64,000 nucleotides of DNA, from positions 268,110 to 332,109 of the forward strand of contig CAYVKP010000001.1 of the NCBI GenBank assembly GCA_964452165.1, in the 5' to 3' direction. Every line of letters starts with the position of its first letter. Positions within the stretch are counted from its first letter, which is position 1. Both the position numbers and the translations under genes were made by a program. This stretch comes from an uncultured Gammaproteobacteria bacterium. GTDB taxonomy: Bacteria > Patescibacteriota > Microgenomatia > Levybacterales > GWA1-39-11. Under the pieces are notes generated by a model. That model searched no databases and was not told the origin of the DNA. It worked only from the letters and a program-made list of their open reading frames with translations. Below, piece by piece: positions 28,526 to 38,196 of the stretch.

Positions 28526-29163
28526 TGGGACAAAAAGTTAATCCAATAGCTTTAAGACTTGGAATCCACCACGGATTTAAGAGCGTTGGGTATTATTCAA
28601 AAAAGAATTACTCAAAGACAGTTCTATCTGATATTAGAATCAGAGAGGCACTGTTTAAGCGTCTTAAACAAGCGGGTGTCGGAGACATAATAATCGAAAG
28701 GTCTTTATCAAGTATAAAAATAACGATTTTTGTTACAAGACCCGGTATCGTAATAGGTCGTGGGGGAACTGGACTTGAAGAACTAAAAAAGGAGATTGTC
28801 AAAATGCTAGGCATTACAAAGAAAGATAAGAATGCAAAGAAAATTGAACTTAAGGTTGAACCCATTAAGGATCCAAATCTCTCAGCATATCTCGTAGCGG
28901 TTAATATTTCAGATCAATTGATAAGGAGAATGCCTGCAAAAAGAATAATGAAGCAGACAGCTGACAAGGTAAGAGCATCAGGAGCATCAGGAGTAAGAAT
29001 AGTTCTTTCCGGAAGAATTGGAGGAGCAGAAATTGGGAGACGGGAACGTCTTCAGTCAGGAAAAGTATCCCTCTCAACAATAAGAGAAAATATTGATTAT
29101 GCTCAGGTTCCAGCCCTAACAAAAAGTGGATACGTTGGAGTGAAAGTTTGGATAAACAAGTAA
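28525..29163 (+). CDS. rpsC: 30S ribosomal protein S3
   Basis: MGQKVNPIALRLGI.. with KH domain pattern. Confidence 0.95.
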   Translation: MGQKVNPIALRLGIHHGFKSVGYYSKKNYSKTVLSDIRIREALFKRLKQAGVGDIIIERSLSSIKITIFVTRPGIVIGRGGTGLEELKKEIVKMLGITKKDKNAKKIELKVEPIKDPNLSAYLVAVNISDQLIRRMPAKRIMKQTADKVRASGASGVRIVLSGRIGGAEIGRRERLQSGKVSLSTIRENIDYAQVPALTKSGYVGVKVWINK

Positions 29164-29202
29164 GAGAGTACCCAATCGCGAAGTAGATTGGGCAAAAAAA
29201 AT

Positions 29203-29613
29203 ATGTTAACACCAAGACGAACAAAATATAGAAAACAATTTAAACCCAAGATTCAGGGTGATGTAGCTTATGCTGGGAGCAAGGTCTCTTTTGGAGAATT
29301 TGGTCTTCGAGCGGAAAAGTCGGGAAATGTTTCATCTCGTCAAATCGAGGCTGCAAGAAAGTCTATAACCCACTTTACAAAGCGTGGAGGACGTATTTGG
29401 ATACGAATATTTCCGGATAGACCTATTACCAAAAAGCCACCGGAAACAAGAATGGGTGGAGGAAAAGGAGATATTTTTGAATACGTTGCTCCGGTAAAGC
29501 TTGGTAGAGTTATGTTTGAGATGGCAGGAGTGCCTGAGTCTATCGCTCGCGAAGCATTGAGACTTGCTTCACATAAGTTGCCAATCAAAAGTAGTTTTAT
29601 AAAGAGAGGATAA
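29203..29613 (+). CDS. rplP: 50S ribosomal protein L16
   Basis: [11 protein letters not shown].. The ORF-track start at 29188 is a TTG; ATG 29203 is preferred. Confidence 0.92.
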   Translation: MLTPRRTKYRKQFKPKIQGDVAYAGSKVSFGEFGLRAEKSGNVSSRQIEAARKSITHFTKRGGRIWIRIFPDRPITKKPPETRMGGGKGDIFEYVAPVKLGRVMFEMAGVPESIAREALRLASHKLPIKSSFIKRG

Positions 29614-29617
29614 TAAA

Positions 29618-29866
29618 ATGAAAAAAAACGAGATAACAGACTTGAAGACAAAAACAATGGATGAGTTGAAAAGAATGCTATCCGATTTTCGTGAAGAAAT
29701 TGATCAAAATAAGAAAGATGCATCTCTTGGGAAAGTTAAAAACAGCAATTTTGTAAAAAATAAAAAGAAAGATATAGCAAGAGTATTGACATTTTTATCT
29801 ATGAAGACTATAGTTGGTAGCCTTGAAAAAGAAGTGAAAGGAGCGGTCCAGGAGGCCGTGAAATAG
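29618..29866 (+). CDS. rpmC: 50S ribosomal protein L29 (extended C-terminus)
   Basis: ..ITDLKTKTMDELKRMLSDFREEIDQN...KKDIARVLTFL matches the L29 pattern. Confidence 0.85.
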   Translation: MKKNEITDLKTKTMDELKRMLSDFREEIDQNKKDASLGKVKNSNFVKNKKKDIARVLTFLSMKTIVGSLEKEVKGAVQEAVK

Positions 29867-29867
29867 A

Positions 29868-30113
29868 ATGGCAAAAAAAGTATTTACTGGAAAAGTTGTA
29901 TCGAACAAAATGGCAAAAACAATCGTCGTTGAAATTGAACGACTGATTGCTCATCCTATTTACAAAAAAATTGTAAAAAGGACTAGCAGAATTAAAGCCG
30001 ATAAAAACGGAATGGAAGTACCCATGAATGTTTTTGTGAAAATTGAACAGACTAGACCTATAAGCGCTGAAAAAAACTTTAAAGTAATTGAGATTGTGAA
30101 GGAGGATAAATAA
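29868..30113 (+). CDS. rpsQ: 30S ribosomal protein S17
   Basis: ..FTGKVVSNKMAKTIVVEIERL..HPIYKK. Confidence 0.93.
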   Translation: MAKKVFTGKVVSNKMAKTIVVEIERLIAHPIYKKIVKRTSRIKADKNGMEVPMNVFVKIEQTRPISAEKNFKVIEIVKEDK

Positions 30114-30487
30114 TGGTTCAACATAGAACTATGCTTGAGGTGGCAGATAACACTGGAGCGAAAATATTGATGGTTATTCAAATATACGGTGGATCGAAGA
30201 GAAGAAAAGGAGCACTTGGATCACTCCTCGGGTGTGTTGTGAAGAAAGCTCTTCCAAACACGCAATTTAAAAAAGGAGATAAAGTGAAGGCTGTTTTAGT
30301 CCGCACGAGGAAAGAGTTTAAAAGGGCTGATGGGACATATATAAGATTTTCTGAAAATGCAGGAGTAATAATTGAAAATGAAAAATCAAAAAACCCAATA
30401 GGGACTAGAATTTTTGGTCCAATTGCTCGAGAGATCAAAGATTTAGGTTATGCAAAAATTGCATCTTTGGCAAATCACGTAGTCTAA
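30113..30487 (+). CDS. rplN: 50S ribosomal protein L14
   Basis: MVQHRTMLEVADNTGAK.. Confidence 0.95.
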   Translation: MVQHRTMLEVADNTGAKILMVIQIYGGSKRRKGALGSLLGCVVKKALPNTQFKKGDKVKAVLVRTRKEFKRADGTYIRFSENAGVIIENEKSKNPIGTRIFGPIAREIKDLGYAKIASLANHVV

Positions 30488-30488
30488 T

Positions 30489-30794
30489 ATGAAAATAATA
30501 AAAGGAGATACTGTAAAAATATTGCGAGGAAAAGATAAGGGAAAATCGGGAAAAGTTGAAAAGACTTATCCTGAAGATGCCAAGGTTTTGGTGGCAGGAA
30601 TTAATGAATTTAAACGCCATATTAAAGCAAGAACTCGTGACCAAAAATCGGAGATTGTTACTATCACTAAGCCGGTAGCAATTTCTGCGGTTGCCATAAT
30701 TTGCGGCAAGTGCAAGAAGGCATCAAGAGTAGGTATTAAATTTGAAAAAGGTAAAAAATTGCGATTTTGCAAGAATTGTAAAGCAATCGTTTAA
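30489..30794 (+). CDS. rplX: 50S ribosomal protein L24, variant with C-x2-C-x18-C-x2-C in the C-terminal part
   Basis: KOW motif ..[18 protein letters not shown].. Cysteines at IICGKCKK and RFCKNCK. Confidence 0.9.
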   Translation: MKIIKGDTVKILRGKDKGKSGKVEKTYPEDAKVLVAGINEFKRHIKARTRDQKSEIVTITKPVAISAVAIICGKCKKASRVGIKFEKGKKLRFCKNCKAIV

Positions 30795-30798
30795 AAAT

Positions 30799-30912
30799 AT
30801 GAAAGTTCAAGCGTCAATCAAAAAAAGATGTTTAAAATGCAAAATAATTAAGAGGAGAGGAATCCTATATGTTATTTGTGAAAATCCAAAACACAAACAG
30901 CGACAAGGATAA
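30799..30912 (+). CDS. rpmJ: 50S ribosomal protein L36 (zinc-binding type, C-x2-C-x12-C-x4-H); not in the ORF track
   Basis: ATG 30799 to TAA 30910-30912 translates to [37 protein letters not shown] (37 aa), a close match to the L36 consensus. Confidence 0.88.
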   Translation: MKVQASIKKRCLKCKIIKRRGILYVICENPKHKQRQG

Positions 30913-30919
30913 TAAAATT

Positions 30920-31468
30920 ATGGGAAATTTTAGAAAACAATTCGAGGGAGAATTTTCAAAAAAAATACAAGAGGAGCTCGGACTTAAAAATATAATGGCC
31001 GTACCAAAGGTTGTCAAAATTATGGTTAATGCAAGCTCGAGAGATTTCCTGTCAGACAAAAAGAATCTTGAAAAAGCCAAGGAAGATCTAATGACAATAA
31101 CGGGACAACTTCCAAAACTTTCCCGAGCAAGAATTTCTGTTGCCACGTTTAAACTAAGAGAAGGCGATGAAATAGGGTTGACGGTAACACTCCGAGGTAA
31201 GAGAATGTATGATTTTCTTGAAAAACTTGTTAAAATAGTCTTCCCTCGAGTTCGTGACTTTGCCGGAGTGAGTCTTGATTCGTTTGATGGCAGGGGGAAT
31301 TTAAGTATTGGATTTACAGAAAATACAGTTTTTCCCGAGATAGATCCGGGAAAAGTGGACAGAATTAGAAGCCTTCAAGTAACAATCGTCACTAATGCCC
31401 GTGACGATAAAAGGGCAAAAGCACTCTTAACGGCAATTGGTATGCCGTTTAAGAAAGTTCAAGCATAA
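30920..31468 (+). CDS. rplE: 50S ribosomal protein L5
   Basis: [23 protein letters not shown].. AAGGA lies 10 nt upstream. The ORF-track start at 30869 runs through rpmJ. Confidence 0.93.
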   Translation: MGNFRKQFEGEFSKKIQEELGLKNIMAVPKVVKIMVNASSRDFLSDKKNLEKAKEDLMTITGQLPKLSRARISVATFKLREGDEIGLTVTLRGKRMYDFLEKLVKIVFPRVRDFAGVSLDSFDGRGNLSIGFTENTVFPEIDPGKVDRIRSLQVTIVTNARDDKRAKALLTAIGMPFKKVQA

Positions 31469-31472
31469 ATAT

Positions 31473-31658
31473 ATGGCAAAAAGATCAAATATTGTAAAAA
31501 ATTTAGGAAAACCAAAATTTAGCACACGCAAAAAAAATATTTGCATGCTTTGTGGAAGGTCAAGGGGATACATGAGACTTTTTGGTCTCTGTAGAATTTG
31601 TTTTAGAGAAAGAGCCTTGAAAGGAGAGCTACCGGGAGTAAAGAAAGCTTCTTGGTAA
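31473..31658 (+). CDS. rpsN: 30S ribosomal protein S14 type Z (zinc-binding, 61 aa)
   Basis: [10 protein letters not shown]...[23 protein letters not shown] (C-x2-C-x12-C-x2-C). Confidence 0.92.
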   Translation: MAKRSNIVKNLGKPKFSTRKKNICMLCGRSRGYMRLFGLCRICFRERALKGELPGVKKASW

Positions 31659-31664
31659 AAAAAT

Positions 31665-32060
31665 ATGTATACGATCGGAGATTTTTTAATTAGAGTACAA
31701 AACGCTTACATGGCGCGTTTAAAGCAAATGGAGTATCCACATTCTAAGGTAGTGGCTTCATTAGGTAAAATCCTTGAAAAAGAAGGCTACGTTAAAGGAG
31801 TTAAGAGCCAGAAATCAAAAGAGAAAAATGGAAGAGACCAGATAATTATAGAACTTTTATATAAAGGTAAAATCCCGGCGGTTTCCCAAATAAAATTGGT
31901 TTCAAAACCTTCGGTTCACCAATATATAAATAAATCTAAGCTGGGAAGAGCTGCTGCAAGACATGGAATAGGAATTCTATCGACCAGCCGCGGTATCATG
32001 ACAAACAAACAAGCAGCAAAAGAGGGAGTGGGCGGAGAGCTCATTTGCGAGATTTACTAA
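31665..32060 (+). CDS. rpsH: 30S ribosomal protein S8
   Basis: ..DFLIRVQNA..GIGILSTSRGIMT.. Confidence 0.95.
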   Translation: MYTIGDFLIRVQNAYMARLKQMEYPHSKVVASLGKILEKEGYVKGVKSQKSKEKNGRDQIIIELLYKGKIPAVSQIKLVSKPSVHQYINKSKLGRAAARHGIGILSTSRGIMTNKQAAKEGVGGELICEIY

Positions 32061-32061
32061 T

Positions 32062-32616
32062 ATGTCAAACATAGCGAAACAACCAATTAAAATTGATAGC
32101 GGAATAACAGTTGATGTTCAACAGCAGGGCAAAGTTATTGTGAATGGCCCAAAAGGATCTCAGGAGATGAAAGTACCGCACGGAATTGAAGTGGCTATTG
32201 AAAATGATGAGGTTAAAATAAAAAAGGTTTCCGATTCGGTGGAGCTTGAAAAATTTGCAGGACTGACACGGGCAATTGTAGCCAACATGATGGAAGGTGT
32301 TTCTAAGGGTTTCCAAAAGAAACTTGAATTGACAGGGGTTGGATATAGAGCAAGAGTTGAAGGAACAGATTTGGTTTTGAACGTAGGATTCGCAATTCCT
32401 GTTAAAGTGAAGCCCCTTGAAGGTATTTCAATAAGCGTTGAGGAGAATATCATCACTGTATCAGGAGCTGATAAGCAACACGTTGGAGATGTTGCAAGCG
32501 ATATTAGACGGGTTCGTCCCCCAGATCCCTATAAAGGAAAAGGTATAAAATATGTTGGAGAAAGACTTAGACGTAAGGTTGGAAAGGCAGCAAAGGCTGT
32601 AGGAGCGGCTAAATAG
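32062..32616 (+). CDS. rplF: 50S ribosomal protein L6
   Basis: Two-domain L6 pattern. ..PDPYKGKGIKY.. Confidence 0.95.
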   Translation: MSNIAKQPIKIDSGITVDVQQQGKVIVNGPKGSQEMKVPHGIEVAIENDEVKIKKVSDSVELEKFAGLTRAIVANMMEGVSKGFQKKLELTGVGYRARVEGTDLVLNVGFAIPVKVKPLEGISISVEENIITVSGADKQHVGDVASDIRRVRPPDPYKGKGIKYVGERLRRKVGKAAKAVGAAK

Positions 32617-32627
32617 TCGATAAAAAC

Positions 32628-32984
32628 ATGAAAGAAACATTGATAAAATTAGCGAGAAAAAAAAGAAGACTTACTCGTGGCCGAAAGAAAATTTTGGCAA
32701 GCAAAACTCGAGCAAGACTAACTGTATTCAGATCAAATAAATATATTTATGCTCAAATAATTGATGATACTAAGGGTGTAACTTTGGCCTCAGTTAGTGA
32801 GAAAGAAATCGCTCAAGAAAAAGGTAGCAAAGTTAATAAAGCCGAAGAAATCGGGAAGAAAATTGCTCAAAAAGCAATTGCTAAAAAGGTAAAAACTGTC
32901 GTCTTTGATAAAGGGCCGTATCGATATCATGGTAGAATAAAAGCTCTGGCCGAAGGAGCACGCTCAGAGGGTTTGATTTTTTAA
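32628..32984 (+). CDS. rplR: 50S ribosomal protein L18
   Basis: ..RLTVFRSNKYIYAQIIDD..VVFDKGPYRYHGRIKALAEGAR. Confidence 0.93.
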   Translation: MKETLIKLARKKRRLTRGRKKILASKTRARLTVFRSNKYIYAQIIDDTKGVTLASVSEKEIAQEKGSKVNKAEEIGKKIAQKAIAKKVKTVVFDKGPYRYHGRIKALAEGARSEGLIF

Positions 32985-32988
32985 AGTT

Positions 32989-33444
32989 ATGGATAATCAA
33001 TTTTTTAATAATTCTGAAAAAATGGAAGAAAAGGTTGTTCAGCTCAACCGCGTTTCAAAGAAAACTAAAGGGGGCAATAAAATGAGATTTGCCGCGCTCG
33101 TTATTGTTGGCAATAAGAATGGCCGAGTGGGAGTAGGTCTTGGTAAATCCGATGACGTTTCATCGGCTATTACAAAAGCAGCAGCCTCTGCAAGAAAAAG
33201 AATGATCGATGTAACAATTGTTCGTGATACTATTCCGCACTCTATTTCAATCAAAAAAGGAGCCGCGCAAATTATGTTGAAGCCGGCACCTGCCGGCACC
33301 GGAATTATTGCAGGGGGTGCAGTTCGCGCCGTAGTGGAGGCTGCAGGAATTAAAAATATCTCCTCGAAAATACTAGGATCAGACAATAAGGCAAGCAATG
33401 TTTATGCTACATTTGCAGCTTTGGAGCTTTTATCTGTAAAATAA
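32989..33444 (+). CDS. rpsE: 30S ribosomal protein S5
   Basis: ..VVQLNRVSKKTKGG..FAALVIVGN..GRVGVG.. Confidence 0.93.
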   Translation: MDNQFFNNSEKMEEKVVQLNRVSKKTKGGNKMRFAALVIVGNKNGRVGVGLGKSDDVSSAITKAAASARKRMIDVTIVRDTIPHSISIKKGAAQIMLKPAPAGTGIIAGGAVRAVVEAAGIKNISSKILGSDNKASNVYATFAALELLSVK

Positions 33445-33448
33445 TCAT

Positions 33449-33886
33449 ATGGAATTAAATTCTCTACCCAAAACTACAAAAACAAAATTAAGGCGTCTGG
33501 GGCAAGGTCATGGTTCGGGCCGTGGAAAAACTGCAGGGCGTGGAACAAAGGGGCAAAAGGCTAGAGGAAAAATTAGAGCGTCATTTGAGGGGGGCGCATT
33601 ACCTTTGGTTAAGAGAATGCCATTTTTGCGAGGCCGTGGTAGAAACAAAATAGTGAAAGCCAAAACGGTATCACTTAGCGTTTCATCTCTCAATAAATTA
33701 CCATCTAAGTCCACGGTCGACGTAGAGACTCTCATCAAGGCGGGGTTAGTCGAAGCATCAGCTAAAAAAACTGGTGTGAAAATTATTGGCAACAAGGAAT
33801 TAAAAATTGCACTTACAATAAAGCTTCCTGTGACAGCGGGAGCAAAAAAACAAATTGAACGGGCAGGCGGCACAGTCGCGGCCTAA
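33449..33886 (+). CDS. rplO: 50S ribosomal protein L15 (follows S5 directly; no L30 gene)
   Basis: ..GQGHGSGRGKTAGRGTKGQKARG.. Confidence 0.92.
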   Translation: MELNSLPKTTKTKLRRLGQGHGSGRGKTAGRGTKGQKARGKIRASFEGGALPLVKRMPFLRGRGRNKIVKAKTVSLSVSSLNKLPSKSTVDVETLIKAGLVEASAKKTGVKIIGNKELKIALTIKLPVTAGAKKQIERAGGTVAA

Positions 33887-33889
33887 AAT

Positions 33890-35176
33890 ATGAATGAAGT
33901 TCTAAGTATTTTTAGAAACAGCATTAAGGATGCTGCTACTCGACGCAAGATTCTCACCGTCCTATTTATATTTTTAGTTTTCAGATTTTTTGCTCACATT
34001 CCCGTTGCGGGGGTCAACATAGCGCAACTAAAATCCTTGTTTGCACAGAATCAACTCTTGGGTCTACTTGATATATTCTCAGGAGGAACACTATCTAACT
34101 TTTCAGTTCTTGCTATTGGTCTTGGTCCATACATCTACGCTTCTATAGTTTTACAACTTTTAACAATTGTTTATCCAAAACTTGAAGAACTACAAAAAGA
34201 GGGAGAGTACGGGCGACAGAAAATAAACCAATATACCAGATACATAACAATTCCTCTTGCGATAGTTCAGTCGTTGGGAATGTACGCATTACTTCGCAAT
34301 CAACAAATCATAGGGACCCTAGATCCATTTCAGCTGTTGTCTTTTGTAGTGACAATGACGGCCGGGACAATGCTTTTGATGTGGCTTGGGGAGCTTATTA
34401 CAGAGCAAGGTATAGGTAACGGAATATCTCTTTTGATTTTTGCCGGAATTGTTGGGAGAATTCCTGTTTCTATTTTCCAAACCATAACAACTGTTAACTC
34501 TCAGGACTTAATTAATCTGGGTATTTTTGCCGCACTTGGAATAGCAGTTATTGCTGCAATCGTTTATGTCAATGAAGCGGTAAGGAAAGTCCCAATATAT
34601 TATGCAAAGAGGGTTCGCGGTGGAAAAAGTTATGGTGGACAATCAACTCACCTTCCCTTGCGAATTAATCAATCCGGAGTAATACCAATAATTTTTGCGG
34701 TATCAATTGTTCTTCTCCCTTCGCTCCTTTCAAATTACTTCTTAAGCAACAGCAACAAAACCTTAGCGGCCATTGGTGCGTTTCTTTCTACTAACTTCAA
34801 TCCGAATAGTATTACCTATAACGTTGTTTACTTTGTCCTGGTCATGGGTTTTACATATTTTTATACTGCTGTTATATTCAATCCACAAAAAATAGCTGAA
34901 GAAATTCAAAAGTACGGCGGATTTATTCCAGGAGTTAGGCCCGGAAAGCCAACGAGCACTTTTCTGAATTACATAACAACAAGAATCACCTTACCGGGAG
35001 CTGTATTTTTAGGAGCTATTGCCGTTTTGCCAAATATTGTTAGGGCAGCAACTGGAATTAACGCTTTGCTTATAGGAGGAACAAGTATTCTCATAGTTGT
35101 TTCGGTCGTAATCGAAACCGTTAAAATTCTTGAAGCTCAAATGGTCACCAAAAGCTACGAAAGGTTTGTAAATTAA
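33890..35176 (+). CDS. secY: preprotein translocase subunit SecY
   Basis: 10 transmembrane helices. ..[20 protein letters not shown].. Confidence 0.95.
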   Translation: MNEVLSIFRNSIKDAATRRKILTVLFIFLVFRFFAHIPVAGVNIAQLKSLFAQNQLLGLLDIFSGGTLSNFSVLAIGLGPYIYASIVLQLLTIVYPKLEELQKEGEYGRQKINQYTRYITIPLAIVQSLGMYALLRNQQIIGTLDPFQLLSFVVTMTAGTMLLMWLGELITEQGIGNGISLLIFAGIVGRIPVSIFQTITTVNSQDLINLGIFAALGIAVIAAIVYVNEAVRKVPIYYAKRVRGGKSYGGQSTHLPLRINQSGVIPIIFAVSIVLLPSLLSNYFLSNSNKTLAAIGAFLSTNFNPNSITYNVVYFVLVMGFTYFYTAVIFNPQKIAEEIQKYGGFIPGVRPGKPTSTFLNYITTRITLPGAVFLGAIAVLPNIVRAATGINALLIGGTSILIVVSVVIETVKILEAQMVTKSYERFVN

Positions 35177-35712
35177 TGAAAATAGTTCTTATCGGAATTC
35201 AGGGTTCTGGAAAGTCTACGCAAGGAAATCTACTCGCTGAAAAGCTTGGTGTTCCATATCTTTCAACCGGACATATTTTTCGCGAAATCGCAAAAGAACA
35301 TAGTCCTTTAGGCCGCTATATTAAAGAAACCATGAACGCCGGATATCTTATTCCGGATGACAAGACCCTTGAGATAGTTAATGAGTACCTCGGCCGCCCG
35401 GAATATGAGAAGGGATATATCTTGGATGGTTTTCCAAGAACTAGAACCCAAGCAGAACAGTTCAGAAATGGTATTGACCGCGTCATATATATAAATGTCC
35501 CTGATAACGAGGCACTTAAAAGGATATCAATTAGAGACGATGCTAGAGAGGATGAGACAGAAAAAGCTTTAAAAAAGAGAATAGAATTATTTCATAAATT
35601 TACAGAACCGGTTATAGATTACTACGAAGGGAAAGGAAAATTATTTGAGGTCAACGGAGAAAAAAGCATTGAAGATATCCATCGCGAGATTACGCAAAAT
35701 TTAAAAGTTTAA
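35176..35712 (+). CDS. adk: adenylate kinase, short-LID type (no zinc-binding lid insertion)
   Basis: P-loop GIQGSGKSTQ, ..DGFPRT..; 178 aa. Confidence 0.93.
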   Translation: MKIVLIGIQGSGKSTQGNLLAEKLGVPYLSTGHIFREIAKEHSPLGRYIKETMNAGYLIPDDKTLEIVNEYLGRPEYEKGYILDGFPRTRTQAEQFRNGIDRVIYINVPDNEALKRISIRDDAREDETEKALKKRIELFHKFTEPVIDYYEGKGKLFEVNGEKSIEDIHREITQNLKV

Positions 35713-36479
35713 TGGTGGATAAAAATAAAATTGAAAAAATGAGCGCCGCCGGATCGATCCTTGGCGACGTGCTTGAGAAACTACTTGCTGCAGTAAGGCC
35801 AGGAATAACAGAAATAGAAATAGATGAATTGGCTGAAAAATTAATCCTTCAACGCGGCGGTAAGCCAGGATTTAAAAAAGTCCCCGGGTACGACAACACT
35901 ATCTGCATATCAGTAAACAATATTGTTGTCCATGGAATTCCAACAAGAAGAATTTTAAAAGAAGGAGACGTTGTTGGGATTGACTGTGGGGTATTTCTTG
36001 ATGGTTACCATACGGACATGGCAGAGACCGTAATAGTTGGGGGTGGTAAATCCTCAGAAGAGATAAAAAAATTCCTTTCATCTGGAAAAAAGGCCCTTTT
36101 TGAAGCTATAAAGCAAGCGAAACCCGGTAATCGCGTAGGTCATATTTCGGAAAAGATGCAGAATGGGGTTGAAGGTGCCGGATACTCAATCGTGAGAAGT
36201 CTCGTGGGTCATGGGGTTGGAAAAAGTCTTCATGAACAACCTGAGATTCCAGGATACTTATCGACCAAAATTGAAAAGACTCCGCGGCTTGTTGAGGGAA
36301 TGACTATAGCAATTGAAGTCATATATAACATGGGAAAAGCTGAAGTTGTTTATGGCGATGAAGATGATTGGACTATATACACAGAAGATGGAAGTATGTC
36401 AGGCTTATTTGAAAGAACAGTTCTAATAACTAAAAACGGCCCACAGCTGTTAACAAAACTAAGCACGGATAAGCTCTGA
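35712..36479 (+). CDS. map: type I methionine aminopeptidase
   Basis: ..DCGVFLDGYHTDMAETV..HGVGKSLHEQPEIP.. M24A signature. Confidence 0.93.
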   Translation: MVDKNKIEKMSAAGSILGDVLEKLLAAVRPGITEIEIDELAEKLILQRGGKPGFKKVPGYDNTICISVNNIVVHGIPTRRILKEGDVVGIDCGVFLDGYHTDMAETVIVGGGKSSEEIKKFLSSGKKALFEAIKQAKPGNRVGHISEKMQNGVEGAGYSIVRSLVGHGVGKSLHEQPEIPGYLSTKIEKTPRLVEGMTIAIEVIYNMGKAEVVYGDEDDWTIYTEDGSMSGLFERTVLITKNGPQLLTKLSTDKL

Positions 36480-36533
36480 TCCGTGCTTGATAATAGGAGC
36501 GTAATTTGCTAAAATATGTTTCTTGGAGCGAAT

Positions 36534-36752
36534 ATGGCTCATTCTGGGGCAATTGAACTTGAAGGTATCGTTAAGGAGGTTTTACCAAATACTTTATTTA
36601 GAGTAGAGATAGAAGGAGGAAGGTTGGTTTTGTGTCATCTGTCAGGAAAAATGAGAATACATTTCATAAAGATTCTGCCAGGAGATAAAGTCAAAATTGA
36701 AATGACTCCCTACGATAGGGATCGCGGTAGAATAACCTACAGAGTAAGATAG
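36534..36752 (+). CDS. infA: translation initiation factor IF-1
   Basis: [46 protein letters not shown]. Start at 36534 rather than the ORF-track 36516. Confidence 0.93.
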   Translation: MAHSGAIELEGIVKEVLPNTLFRVEIEGGRLVLCHLSGKMRIHFIKILPGDKVKIEMTPYDRDRGRITYRVR

Positions 36753-36785
36753 CCCCAAGTCGACAAAAATTCGATTCAATTTAAT

Positions 36786-37181
36786 ATGCGTGTTGTTGGA
36801 GTAAATATACCAGACGAAAAAAGAGTTGATATAGCCTTGACCTACGTTTATGGAATAGGTCGTTCAAATGTTGTAGAAATTTTGAAAAAAGCAGAAATAA
36901 GTCCCGAGAAAAGACTTAAAACACTTTCAGAGGAAGAACTAGGGAGAATTCAAAAAGTTGTTGAAACCTACAAGATAGAGGGAGACTTAAGAGCAGAAAT
37001 TGCAGGCAATATTAAAAGACTCAAGGAGGTCTTATCATACAGAGGCTCAAGACACGCAAAAAATTTGCCGGCTCGTGGACAAAGAACACGTTCAAACGCA
37101 AGAACAAAGCGAGGTAAAAGAGTAACAATTGGTGCAATCAAGAAAGAAGTTGCGGTCAAAATGGGATTAGTTGAAAAGTAA
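36786..37181 (+). CDS. rpsM: 30S ribosomal protein S13
   Basis: MRVVGVNIPDEKRVDIALTYVYGIG.. Confidence 0.95.
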   Translation: MRVVGVNIPDEKRVDIALTYVYGIGRSNVVEILKKAEISPEKRLKTLSEEELGRIQKVVETYKIEGDLRAEIAGNIKRLKEVLSYRGSRHAKNLPARGQRTRSNARTKRGKRVTIGAIKKEVAVKMGLVEK

Positions 37182-37182
37182 T

Positions 37183-37578
37183 ATGGCAAGAAAAACACAA
37201 ACAAAAGCATCGGCAAAAAGGAAGACCATCTCAATGGAGACGGGGCGAATTTACGTATCTACCACTTTTAACAATACTATAGTTACTATAACCAATGAAA
37301 AAGGCGACGCTGTTGCATGGGCTTCTTCAGGTAATATGGGTTTTAAAGGAACTCGAAAAAGCACTCCTTTTGCAGCGACCTCCGCGGTAGAAGAGGTTAT
37401 TAAAAAAGTAAGAGACACAGGAATTTCAGCAGTTGAAGTCTTTATTAAAGGACCGGGTGTTGGCCGCGACGCAGCGCTCCGCGCCATTAGAAACTCTGGT
37501 CTCGCCATTTCCATGATTGCAGATATTACCCCTATACCGCACAACGGACCCAGAATGAAGAAAAAGAGGAGAGTCTAA
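37183..37578 (+). CDS. rpsK: 30S ribosomal protein S11
   Basis: ..GRIYVSTTFNNTIVTITNEKGDAVAWASSG.. Confidence 0.95.
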   Translation: MARKTQTKASAKRKTISMETGRIYVSTTFNNTIVTITNEKGDAVAWASSGNMGFKGTRKSTPFAATSAVEEVIKKVRDTGISAVEVFIKGPGVGRDAALRAIRNSGLAISMIADITPIPHNGPRMKKKRRV

Positions 37579-37581
37579 AAT

Positions 37582-38181
37582 ATGGCAAGATATACAGGAC
37601 CAAAACATAAGCTAGCAAGAAGAGAAGGAATAAACATCCTCTCTAAAACTTCGCCCTCGCTCGACAGAAGGATAAATGTTGTGCCCGGATCACACGGAAA
37701 AAAGAGAATGAGAAAACTCTCGGAATTCGGACAGCAATTGAGAGAAAAGCAAAAACTAAAGCGAATCTATGGTCTTATGGAAAAACAGTTTAAAAAGTAC
37801 GTTGTTGAGGCTCAAAGGAGAAAGGTCAATACAGAAGACGCTCTCGTTGAAATTCTTGAAACGAGACTGGATAACGTTGTCTATAGGCTAGGATTTGGTA
37901 AATCAAGGCCACAAGCGAGGCAAATGGTATCCCACAGACACATTTTAGTTAATGGGAAAAAAGTCAATATTCCTTCTTATTTCGTGCGCGAGGGTGACAC
38001 AATTGCCCTTGGTTCTAAGTTCAAAATTGAGGAAGCCAAGGCTGAAGGTGAAGAGAAAGCCGAAATGCCTAAATTTTTACAGAGAGAAAATCTGGTCGGT
38101 AAGCTCGTTAGAATGCCTACACGCGAAGATATTGTAAATCCGGTGAACTACCAATTGGTCATTGAATTTTACTCTAGATAG
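37582..38181 (+). CDS. rpsD: 30S ribosomal protein S4
   Basis: MARYTGPKHKLARREG.. with S4 domain. Confidence 0.95.
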   Translation: MARYTGPKHKLARREGINILSKTSPSLDRRINVVPGSHGKKRMRKLSEFGQQLREKQKLKRIYGLMEKQFKKYVVEAQRRKVNTEDALVEILETRLDNVVYRLGFGKSRPQARQMVSHRHILVNGKKVNIPSYFVREGDTIALGSKFKIEEAKAEGEEKAEMPKFLQRENLVGKLVRMPTREDIVNPVNYQLVIEFYSR

Positions 38182-38196
38182 TGGTAAAATAATTTT

